Origin: an uncultured Candidatus Rokubacteria bacterium
GTDB taxonomy: Bacteria > Methylomirabilota > Methylomirabilia > Rokubacteriales > CSP1-6
Length of the DNA: 64,000 nucleotides
Assembly (NCBI GenBank): GCA_963762145.1
Contig: CAVXJS010000011.1
Location: 352,001-416,000, forward strand
Direction: 5' to 3'
The position numbers and the translations under genes were made by a program. Under the pieces are notes generated by a model. The model did no database searches, was not told the origin of the DNA, and saw only the letters and a list, made by a program, of their open reading frames with translations. Position 1 is the stretch's first letter. Every line of letters begins with the position of its first letter. Shown here piece after piece: positions 40,274 to 48,038 of the stretch.

Positions 40274-41539
40274 TCAGGGGCGGGGCTTCCAGGGGTGGGT
40301 GATGAGGCGGGCGCCTCGCTGCCAGGTCAGGTAGGCCCAGGCCCACTCGAAGAGGACGAGGAACCGATTGCGGAAGCCGATGAGGAACAGGATGTGCACG
40401 AAGACCCAGGCGAGCCACGCGGGCAGGCCGTGGATCTGGAGACGGCCGACCACCGCCACCGCGGCCGCGCGGCCGATGGTGGCCATGGTCCCGCGATCCC
40501 GGTAGCGGAACGGCCGGGTCGGCAGGCCGGCCAGGAGCCGGCGCACGTTCGCCGCGACGGCCTGCCCTTGCTGGATCGCCACCGGCGCCAGGCCCGGGAG
40601 CGGCTGCCCGTCGGGTCCCGGACAGCTCGACATGTCGCCGATCGCGAACACCATCGCGTGGCCGGGGATGGAGAGATCCGGCTCCACGAGCACCCGGCCC
40701 GCACGATCGAGCGGCGTCCCGAGCGCGCGGGCGAGGGGGGAGGCGGCCACGCCCGCCGCCCACAGCACGGTGCGGGCGCGGATCTGCTCGCCGCCGAGCC
40801 AGACCGCGTCGTGGGTCACCCGCGTGACCGGCGTCCCGGTGCGAATCTCCACGCCGAGACGGGCGAGGGCGGCGGCCGCGTGGCCGGACAGCGGATCGGG
40901 AAAGCTCGCGAGCAGGCGCGGACCGGCCTCGACGAGGACGATCCGCGCCTTCGTGGGATCGATGACCCGGAAGTCCCGCGCGATCGTCTCGCGCGAGATC
41001 TCCGCCAGCGCGCCCGCGAGCTCGACGCCGGTCGGTCCGCCGCCGATGACGACGTAGGTCAGGAGCGCCCGCTGCTCGGCCCCGTCCCGCTCGCGCTCCG
41101 CCTCCTCGTAGGCCAGGAGCACGCGTCGCCGGATCTCGAGCGCGTCCTCCAGGCTCTTGAGGCTCGGGGCCAGCTCCTCCCAGTCGCCGTGGCCGAAGTA
41201 CGAGTTGCCCGCGCCCGCGGCCAGCACCAGCGCGTCGTAGGTCAGCTCGCCGTCGTCCAGGATCACGCGACGGCCGGCCACGTCCACCGACCGGACCTCG
41301 GCGAGCAGGACGGTGACGTTGGCGGCGCGCCTCAGGACGGAGCGGAGCGGGGTCGCGATGTTCGACGGATTGAGGGCGGCGGTGGCGACCTGGTAGAGCA
41401 GGGGCTGGAAGAGGTGGTGGTTGCGCCGGTCGAGCAGCGTGACACGCGCCCAGCTTCCGGTGAGCGCGCGGGCGGCGGAGAGCCCGCCGAATCCGCCGCC
41501 GACGATGACCACGTGCGGTCGCTGCGCTCCCGTGCTCAC
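40274..41539 (-). CDS. ndh: Type II NADH dehydrogenase-family FAD oxidoreductase
   Basis: GGGFGG, NHHLFQPLLYQVAT, GGGPTGVELAG, A.QQG, G.MATIGR. Confidence 0.85.
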   Translation of the reverse strand: MSTGAQRPHVVIVGGGFGGLSAARALTGSWARVTLLDRRNHHLFQPLLYQVATAALNPSNIATPLRSVLRRAANVTVLLAEVRSVDVAGRRVILDDGELTYDALVLAAGAGNSYFGHGDWEELAPSLKSLEDALEIRRRVLLAYEEAERERDGAEQRALLTYVVIGGGPTGVELAGALAEISRETIARDFRVIDPTKARIVLVEAGPRLLASFPDPLSGHAAAALARLGVEIRTGTPVTRVTHDAVWLGGEQIRARTVLWAAGVAASPLARALGTPLDRAGRVLVEPDLSIPGHAMVFAIGDMSSCPGPDGQPLPGLAPVAIQQGQAVAANVRRLLAGLPTRPFRYRDRGTMATIGRAAAVAVVGRLQIHGLPAWLAWVFVHILFLIGFRNRFLVLFEWAWAYLTWQRGARLITHPWKPRP

Positions 41540-41630
41540 CCGGCCATCTTCCGAGCGCGCCCGGGGGGTGTCAACCCTTGACAGGACGCGGGGTTGGACA
41601 TAGGGTGACCCCGGACAGGAGGATCTGGGC

Positions 41631-42674
41631 ATGGCCACGCGGATCAGCTCCCAGCGGTACGCCGTCGAGGACTTCAACGAGGCGCTCGAGCTCTGCTACA
41701 CCCGCGGCTGGACCGACGGGCTGCCGGTCGTGCCGCCCACGGAGCCGGCGGTGCGCGCGATGCTGGACGCGGTGGGGCTCGAGGCCGACGCGCAGGTCGC
41801 CTTCATCACGAATCGTCAGGTCGCCATCAGCGCCGAGAAGGTGGCGATCAACACGGTGATGGCCGGCTGCCGGCCCGAGCACATGCCGGTGGTGCTGGCC
41901 GCGGTCGAGGGCATCGCCGATCCGCGCTGGGGCTATCACGGACCGGCCACGTCCACCGGCGGCGCGGGCGTGCTGATGATCGTCAACGGGCCCATCGCGC
42001 GGCGGCTCGACTTCAACTGCGGCGACAACCTCTTCGGCCCGGGCTGGCGCTCCAACGCCACGGTGGGCCGCGCGGTGCGCCTCGTGATGCGCAACGTGAT
42101 CGGCACCATTCCGGGGCGCCTCGATCGCGGCACGGTCGGCCACCCCGGCAAGTACACCTACGTGATCGCGGAGAACGAGGCGGAGAGCCCGTGGACGCCG
42201 CTGCACGCGGAGCGCGGCTGCCGGCCGGAGGACAGCGCGGTGACCGTCATGGCCGCGCTGGGACCGAACCAGTTCTACAATCAGCTCTCGAGCACCGCGG
42301 CGGGTGTCCTGGGCACGATGTGCGACGCCATGCGCTACCCCGGCATGGTGGGCCAGCCGAACTACTGCGTGGTGCTGGCCGGCGAGCACATGCGGACCAT
42401 CGCGGCGGACGGCTGGTCCAAGTCCGACATCCGCAAGTACGTCTTCGAGAACACCACGAACACGATCGCGCATCTCAAGCGGACCGGGCGGCTGCCCGGC
42501 GCGATCAAGCCGGAGGACGAGACCGCGACCCGGCCCCTGGTGTTGACCCCGGACGACCTCCTGGTGGTGGCGGCGGGCGGTCGCGCGGGCTCATTCTCGT
42601 GCTACATCCCGGGCTGGGCGAGCCGGACGTCGTCGCAGGCGGTAACCACCGTGATCAAAGAGAGGAGAACATGA
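41631..42674 (+). CDS. UGSC-associated uncharacterised protein, copy C
   Basis: GWTDGLPVVPPT, VMAGC, VNGP, RSNATVGRAVRL, DRGTVGHPGK, AENE; AGGAGG RBS. Confidence 0.9.
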   Translation: MATRISSQRYAVEDFNEALELCYTRGWTDGLPVVPPTEPAVRAMLDAVGLEADAQVAFITNRQVAISAEKVAINTVMAGCRPEHMPVVLAAVEGIADPRWGYHGPATSTGGAGVLMIVNGPIARRLDFNCGDNLFGPGWRSNATVGRAVRLVMRNVIGTIPGRLDRGTVGHPGKYTYVIAENEAESPWTPLHAERGCRPEDSAVTVMAALGPNQFYNQLSSTAAGVLGTMCDAMRYPGMVGQPNYCVVLAGEHMRTIAADGWSKSDIRKYVFENTTNTIAHLKRTGRLPGAIKPEDETATRPLVLTPDDLLVVAAGGRAGSFSCYIPGWASRTSSQAVTTVIKERRT

Positions 42675-43213
42675 TGGCGGGCTTCGAGATCCTGGATCCG
42701 ACGGTCGAGCCCCGGCGCCAGCCGCTGACGTACGTGGCGCGGCCGGACTCGCTCAAGGGCAAGCGCATCGGCCTAGTGGAGAACACCAAGTACAACTCCG
42801 ACAAGCTGCTGGTCAAGATCGGCGACATCCTGAAGCAGGAGTACGGGGCGTCCGAGACCCGGATGTGGCGAAAGCACAACGCCGGCGTGCCCGCGCACGC
42901 GGAGATCCTCGAGGAGGCCAAGCGTACCGTCGACGTCGTCGTCGCCGGCATCGGGGACTGAGGGTCCTGCTCGTCGGGCAGTGTGCTCGACGGAATCGTG
43001 TTCGAGAAGGTCGGAATCCCGGCCGCGTCCATCGTCACCGATGTGTTCGAGGGTACCGGACACGCCATGGCCCAGTCCTGGGGCGTCCCGGAGTACCGTT
43101 TCCTGGCCCTGCCGCATCCGATCGCAAACCTGAGCGAGGCCGACCTCGACGCCCGCGCCCGCGCGATCGCGCCAGAGGTCGTCCGACTGCTATTGAAAGG
43201 CCAAGAAGGCTAA
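42671..43213 (+). CDS. UGSC-family selenoprotein, copy C (180 aa with Sec)
   Basis: GAGGAG RBS and ATGA overlap with the partner stop; AGIGD-TGA(42959-42961)-GSCSSGSVLDG in frame with ORF 42983..43213. Confidence 0.9.
42972..42992 (+). promoter_or_regulatory. Candidate SECIS hairpin, copy C
   Basis: CGTCGGGCA-GTG-TGCTCGACG, 9-bp stem with one G-U pair, 10 nt after the UGA. Confidence 0.8.
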
Positions 43214-43222
43214 GCAAGCACA

Positions 43223-43369
43223 ACGGTTGTCCGCAGCTGGGGGAGTGCGGGGGCCATGTCTGGGCCCCCGCAGATGAAGGGCTTGAAGAAGTAAACGGTT
43301 GTCCGCCAGAAGCAGTAGACGGTTGTCCGCCATCTGGGGGAGTGCGGGGGCCATTTCTGGGCCCCCGCA
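43223..43369. repeat. REP-like doublet of a 36-bp hairpin unit plus three ACGGTTGTCCGC motifs
   Basis: CTGGGGGAGTGCGGGGGCCAT(G/T)TCTGGGCCCCCGCA at 43237 and 43334; 12-mers at 43223, 43295 and 43319. Confidence 0.85.
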
Positions 43370-43396
43370 TTAACCAGAGCCTGAAGAACTAACCGA

Positions 43397-44368
43397 ATGT
43401 CCGCGGACTACCGCCCCCCGTTCTGGTACCGCGGCCGGCATCTCCAGACGCTCTGGGGGCCGATGCTACGTCACTGGCGGCGCCCGCCGCTCCGCCGCGA
43501 GCGTCTGCACACGCCCGACGGCGATTTCCTCGACCTCGACTGGCTGGCCCGCGCGCCCGAGCGGGGCCCGCTTCTGCTGATCCTCCACGGGCTCGAGGGC
43601 TCGGCCCGCTCGCACTACGCGCGCGGGCTGCTGCGGAGCGCGGAGGCCCTCGGCTGGCGGGCGGCGGTCCTGCACTTCCGCTCGTGCAGCGGGGAGGTCA
43701 ACCGGCTGCCGAAGCTCTACCACTCGGGCGAGACGTCGGACCTGGAGTGGGTGCTCGGCGAGCTGGCCGGGCGGGAGCCGGCGCCGCGCATCGGCCTGGT
43801 GGGCGTCTCCCTCGGGGGCAACGTCGCGCTCAAGTGGCTCGGCGAGCAGGGGAACTCGGCGCCCGCCGAGATCCGGGCCGCCGTCGCCATCTCGACGCCC
43901 TTCGACCTCGCCGCCTGCGCCCGCGTGCTCGATCGGGGCTTCAACCGCGTGATCTACACCGGGAGCTTCCTGCGCACCATGCGGGCCAAGATCCGCGCCA
44001 AGCGGCACCTCTACGACGGCCGCCTCGACGTGGACGCCGCGCTCCGGGCGCGGACCTTCACGGAGTACGACCGGTTCTTCACGGCCCCGGTGAACGGCTT
44101 CGCCGACGAGGTCGACTACTGGACGCGGGCGAGCAGCGCGCCCTATCTCGAGCGCATCCGGCGTCCCGTGCTCCTGATCAACGCGATCAACGATCCGTTC
44201 ATGCCCGCCGCGAGCCTGCCCACCGCGGTGGTGGAGCGGTCGCGGTGGCTCGAGGCGGCCTTCGTCGCCGAAGGCGGGCACGTGGGGTTTCTCGACGGGG
44301 CGTTCGGGCGCGCCTCGTGGGCGGAGCGCCGCGCGCTCGCCTTCCTGTCGCGCCATCTGCTACGATGA
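43397..44368 (+). CDS. YheT-family alpha/beta hydrolase
   Basis: HLQT, DGDFLDLDW, HGLEGS, YHSG, GVSLGG, NDPF, GGHVGF. Confidence 0.9.
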   Translation: MSADYRPPFWYRGRHLQTLWGPMLRHWRRPPLRRERLHTPDGDFLDLDWLARAPERGPLLLILHGLEGSARSHYARGLLRSAEALGWRAAVLHFRSCSGEVNRLPKLYHSGETSDLEWVLGELAGREPAPRIGLVGVSLGGNVALKWLGEQGNSAPAEIRAAVAISTPFDLAACARVLDRGFNRVIYTGSFLRTMRAKIRAKRHLYDGRLDVDAALRARTFTEYDRFFTAPVNGFADEVDYWTRASSAPYLERIRRPVLLINAINDPFMPAASLPTAVVERSRWLEAAFVAEGGHVGFLDGAFGRASWAERRALAFLSRHLLR

Positions 44369-45657
44369 CCGGCGTGATTCGTGACGCGTACGGCCTGACC
44401 GTCTCGACCGACTCGCGCGCCGCGGTGGACGCGCACGACCGTGGGGTGCGCGCGCTGCTCGGCTTCGGCGCCGAGGCGGTGGACGAGTTCCGCCGCGCGG
44501 TGGAGGCGGACCCCGATTTCGTGCTCGCCCGCGCGGCCCTCGCGGTCGCGCTCTACCTGGACGAGCAGATCCCGGAGGGACGCGCGGAGATGGAGCGCGC
44601 GACGGCCGATGGGGCCGCGCTGACCGGCCGGGAGCGGCGGCACCTGGAGGCCCTGCGGCTCTTCGTGGGCGGGCGCGGGAACGACGCCATCCCGGTGATG
44701 AAGGAGATCCTGGCCGAGCACCCGCGCGACGTGCTCCTGATGCAGCGCCTCTACTTCCTCTACTTCTGGCAGGGTCGCTCGGCCGACATGCTCGCGCTCA
44801 CGAGCGAGCTGCGCCCCGCGCTCGAGGGCGACGGCTACGCGCTCGGCTACCACGCCTTCGCCCTCGAGGAGAACCGGCGGTTCGCCGAGGCCCTGCCCCT
44901 GGCCGAGCGGGCGTTGGCCCGGAACCCGCGCGACGCGTGGGCGGTACACGCCATCGCGCACGTGCACTACGAGCGGGGCGACAACCGGCGCGGCATCGAG
45001 AGCCTGCCGCCGCAGATCCATCCGTGCGACCACCTCGGCTACTTCCGGAACCATCTTCTGTGGCACCTGGCCCTGCTCCACCTGGCCGAGGGCGACTACG
45101 AGCGCGGCGGGCGCCTCTTCGAGAGCGTGTTCGGCCGCATCCCGATCACGATCGCCTCCGATCTCCAGGATTCGGTGGCGCTGGCCTGGCGGCTCGACCT
45201 GTTCGGCCATCCCGACCCGAAGCGATGGAGCCAGCTCGCGACGGCCGCCCGCCGCTGGATCGAGATGCCGCTCCTGCTGTTCCACGATCTGCACGTGGGC
45301 ATGGCGCTCTCCGCGGCGGAGGACTGGGCGGCCGCGGAGGAGCACCTCGAGCGGCTGCGCGCGCGCGGGAAGAAGTCGAGGAACGCCACCCTGCCCGAGG
45401 TGGTGGTGCCGCTGCTGGAAGGCCTCCACGCCTTCGCCCGGGGTGACTACGCCGGGTGCGTGGCCCGGATGGAGCCGGTGGACGCGCGCGTGGTCGAGGT
45501 GGGCGGCAGCCACGCCCAGCGCGAGGTGTTCCACGACACGCTCCTGGCCGGCGCCCTGCGCGGCCGGCTGCGCGAGCCGGCCGTGGCGCTCCTCGAGCGC
45601 CGCCTCGCCAAGCGCCCGAACCCCGGGCACTTCTGGGAGAAATCACGCGCCTCATGA
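44365..45657 (+). CDS. TTC38-like tetratricopeptide repeat protein
   Basis: AFALEE, NPRDAWAVHAIAHV, HLLWHLAL, GGSHAQREVF. Confidence 0.75.
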   Translation: MTGVIRDAYGLTVSTDSRAAVDAHDRGVRALLGFGAEAVDEFRRAVEADPDFVLARAALAVALYLDEQIPEGRAEMERATADGAALTGRERRHLEALRLFVGGRGNDAIPVMKEILAEHPRDVLLMQRLYFLYFWQGRSADMLALTSELRPALEGDGYALGYHAFALEENRRFAEALPLAERALARNPRDAWAVHAIAHVHYERGDNRRGIESLPPQIHPCDHLGYFRNHLLWHLALLHLAEGDYERGGRLFESVFGRIPITIASDLQDSVALAWRLDLFGHPDPKRWSQLATAARRWIEMPLLLFHDLHVGMALSAAEDWAAAEEHLERLRARGKKSRNATLPEVVVPLLEGLHAFARGDYAGCVARMEPVDARVVEVGGSHAQREVFHDTLLAGALRGRLREPAVALLERRLAKRPNPGHFWEKSRAS

Positions 45658-46982
45658 ACTGGCCCGGCCTCGGCCGCGAGACGGTGGACCTGCTGCGGCA
45701 GTACCTCATGCTCGACACCACGAATCCGCCCGGCAACGAGACGGTCGGCGCGCGCTTTCTGGAGACGGTGCTCGGGGGCGAGGGCATCGCCACCGAGACG
45801 GTGGAGTCGGCCCCCGGCCGCGGCAACCTGGTGGCGCGCCTCCGGGGCGACGGGTCCGAGGGCGGGATCGTGCTGCACCACCACATCGACGTGGTCTACG
45901 CCGACCGGCGCTACTGGACGGTGGATCCCTTCGGCGGGGAGATCCGCGACGGGTTTCTCTACGGACGCGGCGCCATCGACATGAAATCCACCGGCGTCCT
46001 CCACCTGGCCGGGATCCTCGCGATCAAGCGCGCGAAGGTGCCCCTCAAGCGCGACCTCATCCTGCTCGCCACCGCGGACGAGGAAGCGGGCAGCCGCTTC
46101 GGCGCGCAGTTCGTGGCCGACCGGCACCGCGACTGGCTGGCCGGGGCGGAATACGCGCTGTCCGAGCTCGGCGGCATCTATCCGGAAGAGGGCGCGACCG
46201 CGCCGTTCGGGAGCATCGTCACCTCGGAGAAGACGGGTCTGCCCCTCCGCCTCACGGCGCGGAGCGAGCCCGGCCACGGCTCGATGCCCTGGCCCGACAC
46301 CGCGCCGAACCGGCTGATCCGCGCCCTCGGCCGCCTGCTCGAGGCGGAGCGCCCGCTGCGCGTCCTGCCCGACGTGCAGGAATACTTCGCCCGGCTCGGC
46401 TCGGTGCTGCCGGGCGAGGCGGGGCGGGGCTACGACGACCTCGAGCGCTCGCTGCGCGACGCGGGCTTCCGGCGCGCCTTCCTGGCCAAGCGCCTGAACG
46501 CAGCGATGCTGCGGACCACGTTCGCGGTCACGATGCTCAAGGGCAGCGAGAAGCGCAACGTGATCCCTCCCGAGGCGGTCGCCGACATCGATTGCCGCAT
46601 GCTGCGGGGGGACGACCCGGAGGAGATCGTGAGCTGGGTACGCGGCGTGATCGACGACGAGCGAGTGGAGGTGACCCTCTCCAACCCGCCGCCCAAGATC
46701 CCGAACTCCTCGCCGCCCGACACCCCGCTCTACAAGGCCCTCGGCCAGGCGCTGACGCGGCGCGCTCCGGGCGTGGTGGTGGCGCCCGACATCCTGGTGG
46801 GGTTCACCGACAACTGGGTATTCCGCAACTGCGGCCTGCACGGCTACGGGTTCAGCCCGTTCATTCTCGGCGACGACGAGTGGCGGCGCGTGCACGGCAA
46901 CGACGAGCGGATCTCGCTCGAGAACCTGACCGAAGGCGTGCGGTGTCACACCGAGATGCTGCTCGACGTGGCGGCCGCGTGA
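45654..46982 (+). CDS. M20/M25/M40 metallo-hydrolase
   Basis: HIDVV, YGRGAIDMK, ADEEAG, GHGS, HGNDERI. Confidence 0.9.
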   Translation: MNWPGLGRETVDLLRQYLMLDTTNPPGNETVGARFLETVLGGEGIATETVESAPGRGNLVARLRGDGSEGGIVLHHHIDVVYADRRYWTVDPFGGEIRDGFLYGRGAIDMKSTGVLHLAGILAIKRAKVPLKRDLILLATADEEAGSRFGAQFVADRHRDWLAGAEYALSELGGIYPEEGATAPFGSIVTSEKTGLPLRLTARSEPGHGSMPWPDTAPNRLIRALGRLLEAERPLRVLPDVQEYFARLGSVLPGEAGRGYDDLERSLRDAGFRRAFLAKRLNAAMLRTTFAVTMLKGSEKRNVIPPEAVADIDCRMLRGDDPEEIVSWVRGVIDDERVEVTLSNPPPKIPNSSPPDTPLYKALGQALTRRAPGVVVAPDILVGFTDNWVFRNCGLHGYGFSPFILGDDEWRRVHGNDERISLENLTEGVRCHTEMLLDVAAA

Positions 46983-47467
46983 TGGCGCGCCGGGCGCTGA
47001 CGATCCGGCGGGGCACCGAGCGGGACGTGCCCACCATCCTGGCGCTGATCCGCGGCCTCGCCGAGTACGAGCGGCTCGCGCACGAGATGGAGGCCACCGC
47101 GGCGCGGGTGCGGGCTCACGGGTTCGGGCGCCGGCGCTACTTCGAGACGATCATCTGCCGGCGCGGCGGCCGGCCGATCGGGTTCGCGCTCTACTTCTTC
47201 ACCTATTCCACGTTCCTGGCCCGCCCGACGCTGTATCTGGAGGACCTGTTCGTCCTGCCCGAGGAGCGCGGGACCGGGGCGGGGAAGGCGCTGCTCCGCG
47301 CGCTGGCGCGCATCGCGGTCCGCCGCGGGTGCGGACGCCTCGAGTGGGCGGTGCTCGACTGGAACCGTCCCGCGATCGGCTTCTACAAGCGGCTGGGCGC
47401 GAAGCTGCGCCGGCAGTGGATCCTCACGCGGCTGACCGGGCCGCCGCTCCGCCGCCTGGCGCGCTGA
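46982..47467 (+). CDS. GNAT N-acetyltransferase (SSAT-like)
   Basis: LAEYE, YSTF..LYLEDLFV..RGTGAGK, LEWAVLDWN..AIGFY. Confidence 0.9.
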   Translation: MARRALTIRRGTERDVPTILALIRGLAEYERLAHEMEATAARVRAHGFGRRRYFETIICRRGGRPIGFALYFFTYSTFLARPTLYLEDLFVLPEERGTGAGKALLRALARIAVRRGCGRLEWAVLDWNRPAIGFYKRLGAKLRRQWILTRLTGPPLRRLAR

Positions 47468-47513
47468 GGGCAACCTCGACGATGCTGCGGGTGGCCGCGA
47501 TCTGGATCGCCGA

Positions 47514-48023
47514 GTGAGCATCCGCCTCGCGCTCGCGCTCCTGACCCTGATCGTCGGCGCGCCGGTTCCGGCGCTCGCTCAGTCCATCACGTGCCCGCCC
47601 GGCAGCACACGCGGCGGCACCGAGAGCGAGGTCGGGAAGTTCCACTGGTGCGAGCAGGTCACGGCCAGCGGGCCGATCCGCCAGGGCCCGATGGTGGGCT
47701 TCCATCCCAACGGCCGGCGGAGCTTCGAGCTCACCTTTGTGGACGGCACCCCCCGCGGGACCATTCGCGCCTGGTACGAGGGCGGCCAGCCGAGCATGAC
47801 CGGCGAGACGCGCCCCGACAACGGCACGCTCGTCCTCTGGGACGACCGCGGCCGGAAGCGGGCGCAGGTGGACGTGCGCGACCGGCAGGTCGTGACGCGC
47901 GCGTGGGACGAGGCCGGGCAAGAGGAGCGCTACCAGGAGGCGAAGCTCGCGAAGGCGATGCCCACCAACCGCAACCTCGGCTTCATCATGCAGCTCTGGG
48001 CGGTGGGGATCGGCATCCAGTAG
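47514..48023 (+). CDS. Exported protein with MORN-variant-like repeats
   Basis: Signal peptide, CPPG, GPMVGFHPNG, DG..RAWYEGG, WDDRG. Confidence 0.65.
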   Translation: MSIRLALALLTLIVGAPVPALAQSITCPPGSTRGGTESEVGKFHWCEQVTASGPIRQGPMVGFHPNGRRSFELTFVDGTPRGTIRAWYEGGQPSMTGETRPDNGTLVLWDDRGRKRAQVDVRDRQVVTRAWDEAGQEERYQEAKLAKAMPTNRNLGFIMQLWAVGIGIQ

Positions 48024-48038
48024 CGCAGGCCGCTCACC

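Noticed and set aside
23062-42961. UGSC genes as nonsense pseudogenes or sequencing errors
   Set aside because: The same codon is TGA in three diverged paralogs, both halves are conserved, and each has the same positioned hairpin.
43223-43369. Mini CRISPR array
   Set aside because: Only two 36-bp units, a 61-bp spacer that itself contains repeated motifs, and no cas genes in the window.
47514-48023. YwqK-type antitoxin of a toxin-antitoxin pair
   Set aside because: Only generic MORN-like repeats with a signal peptide, and no adjacent toxin gene.
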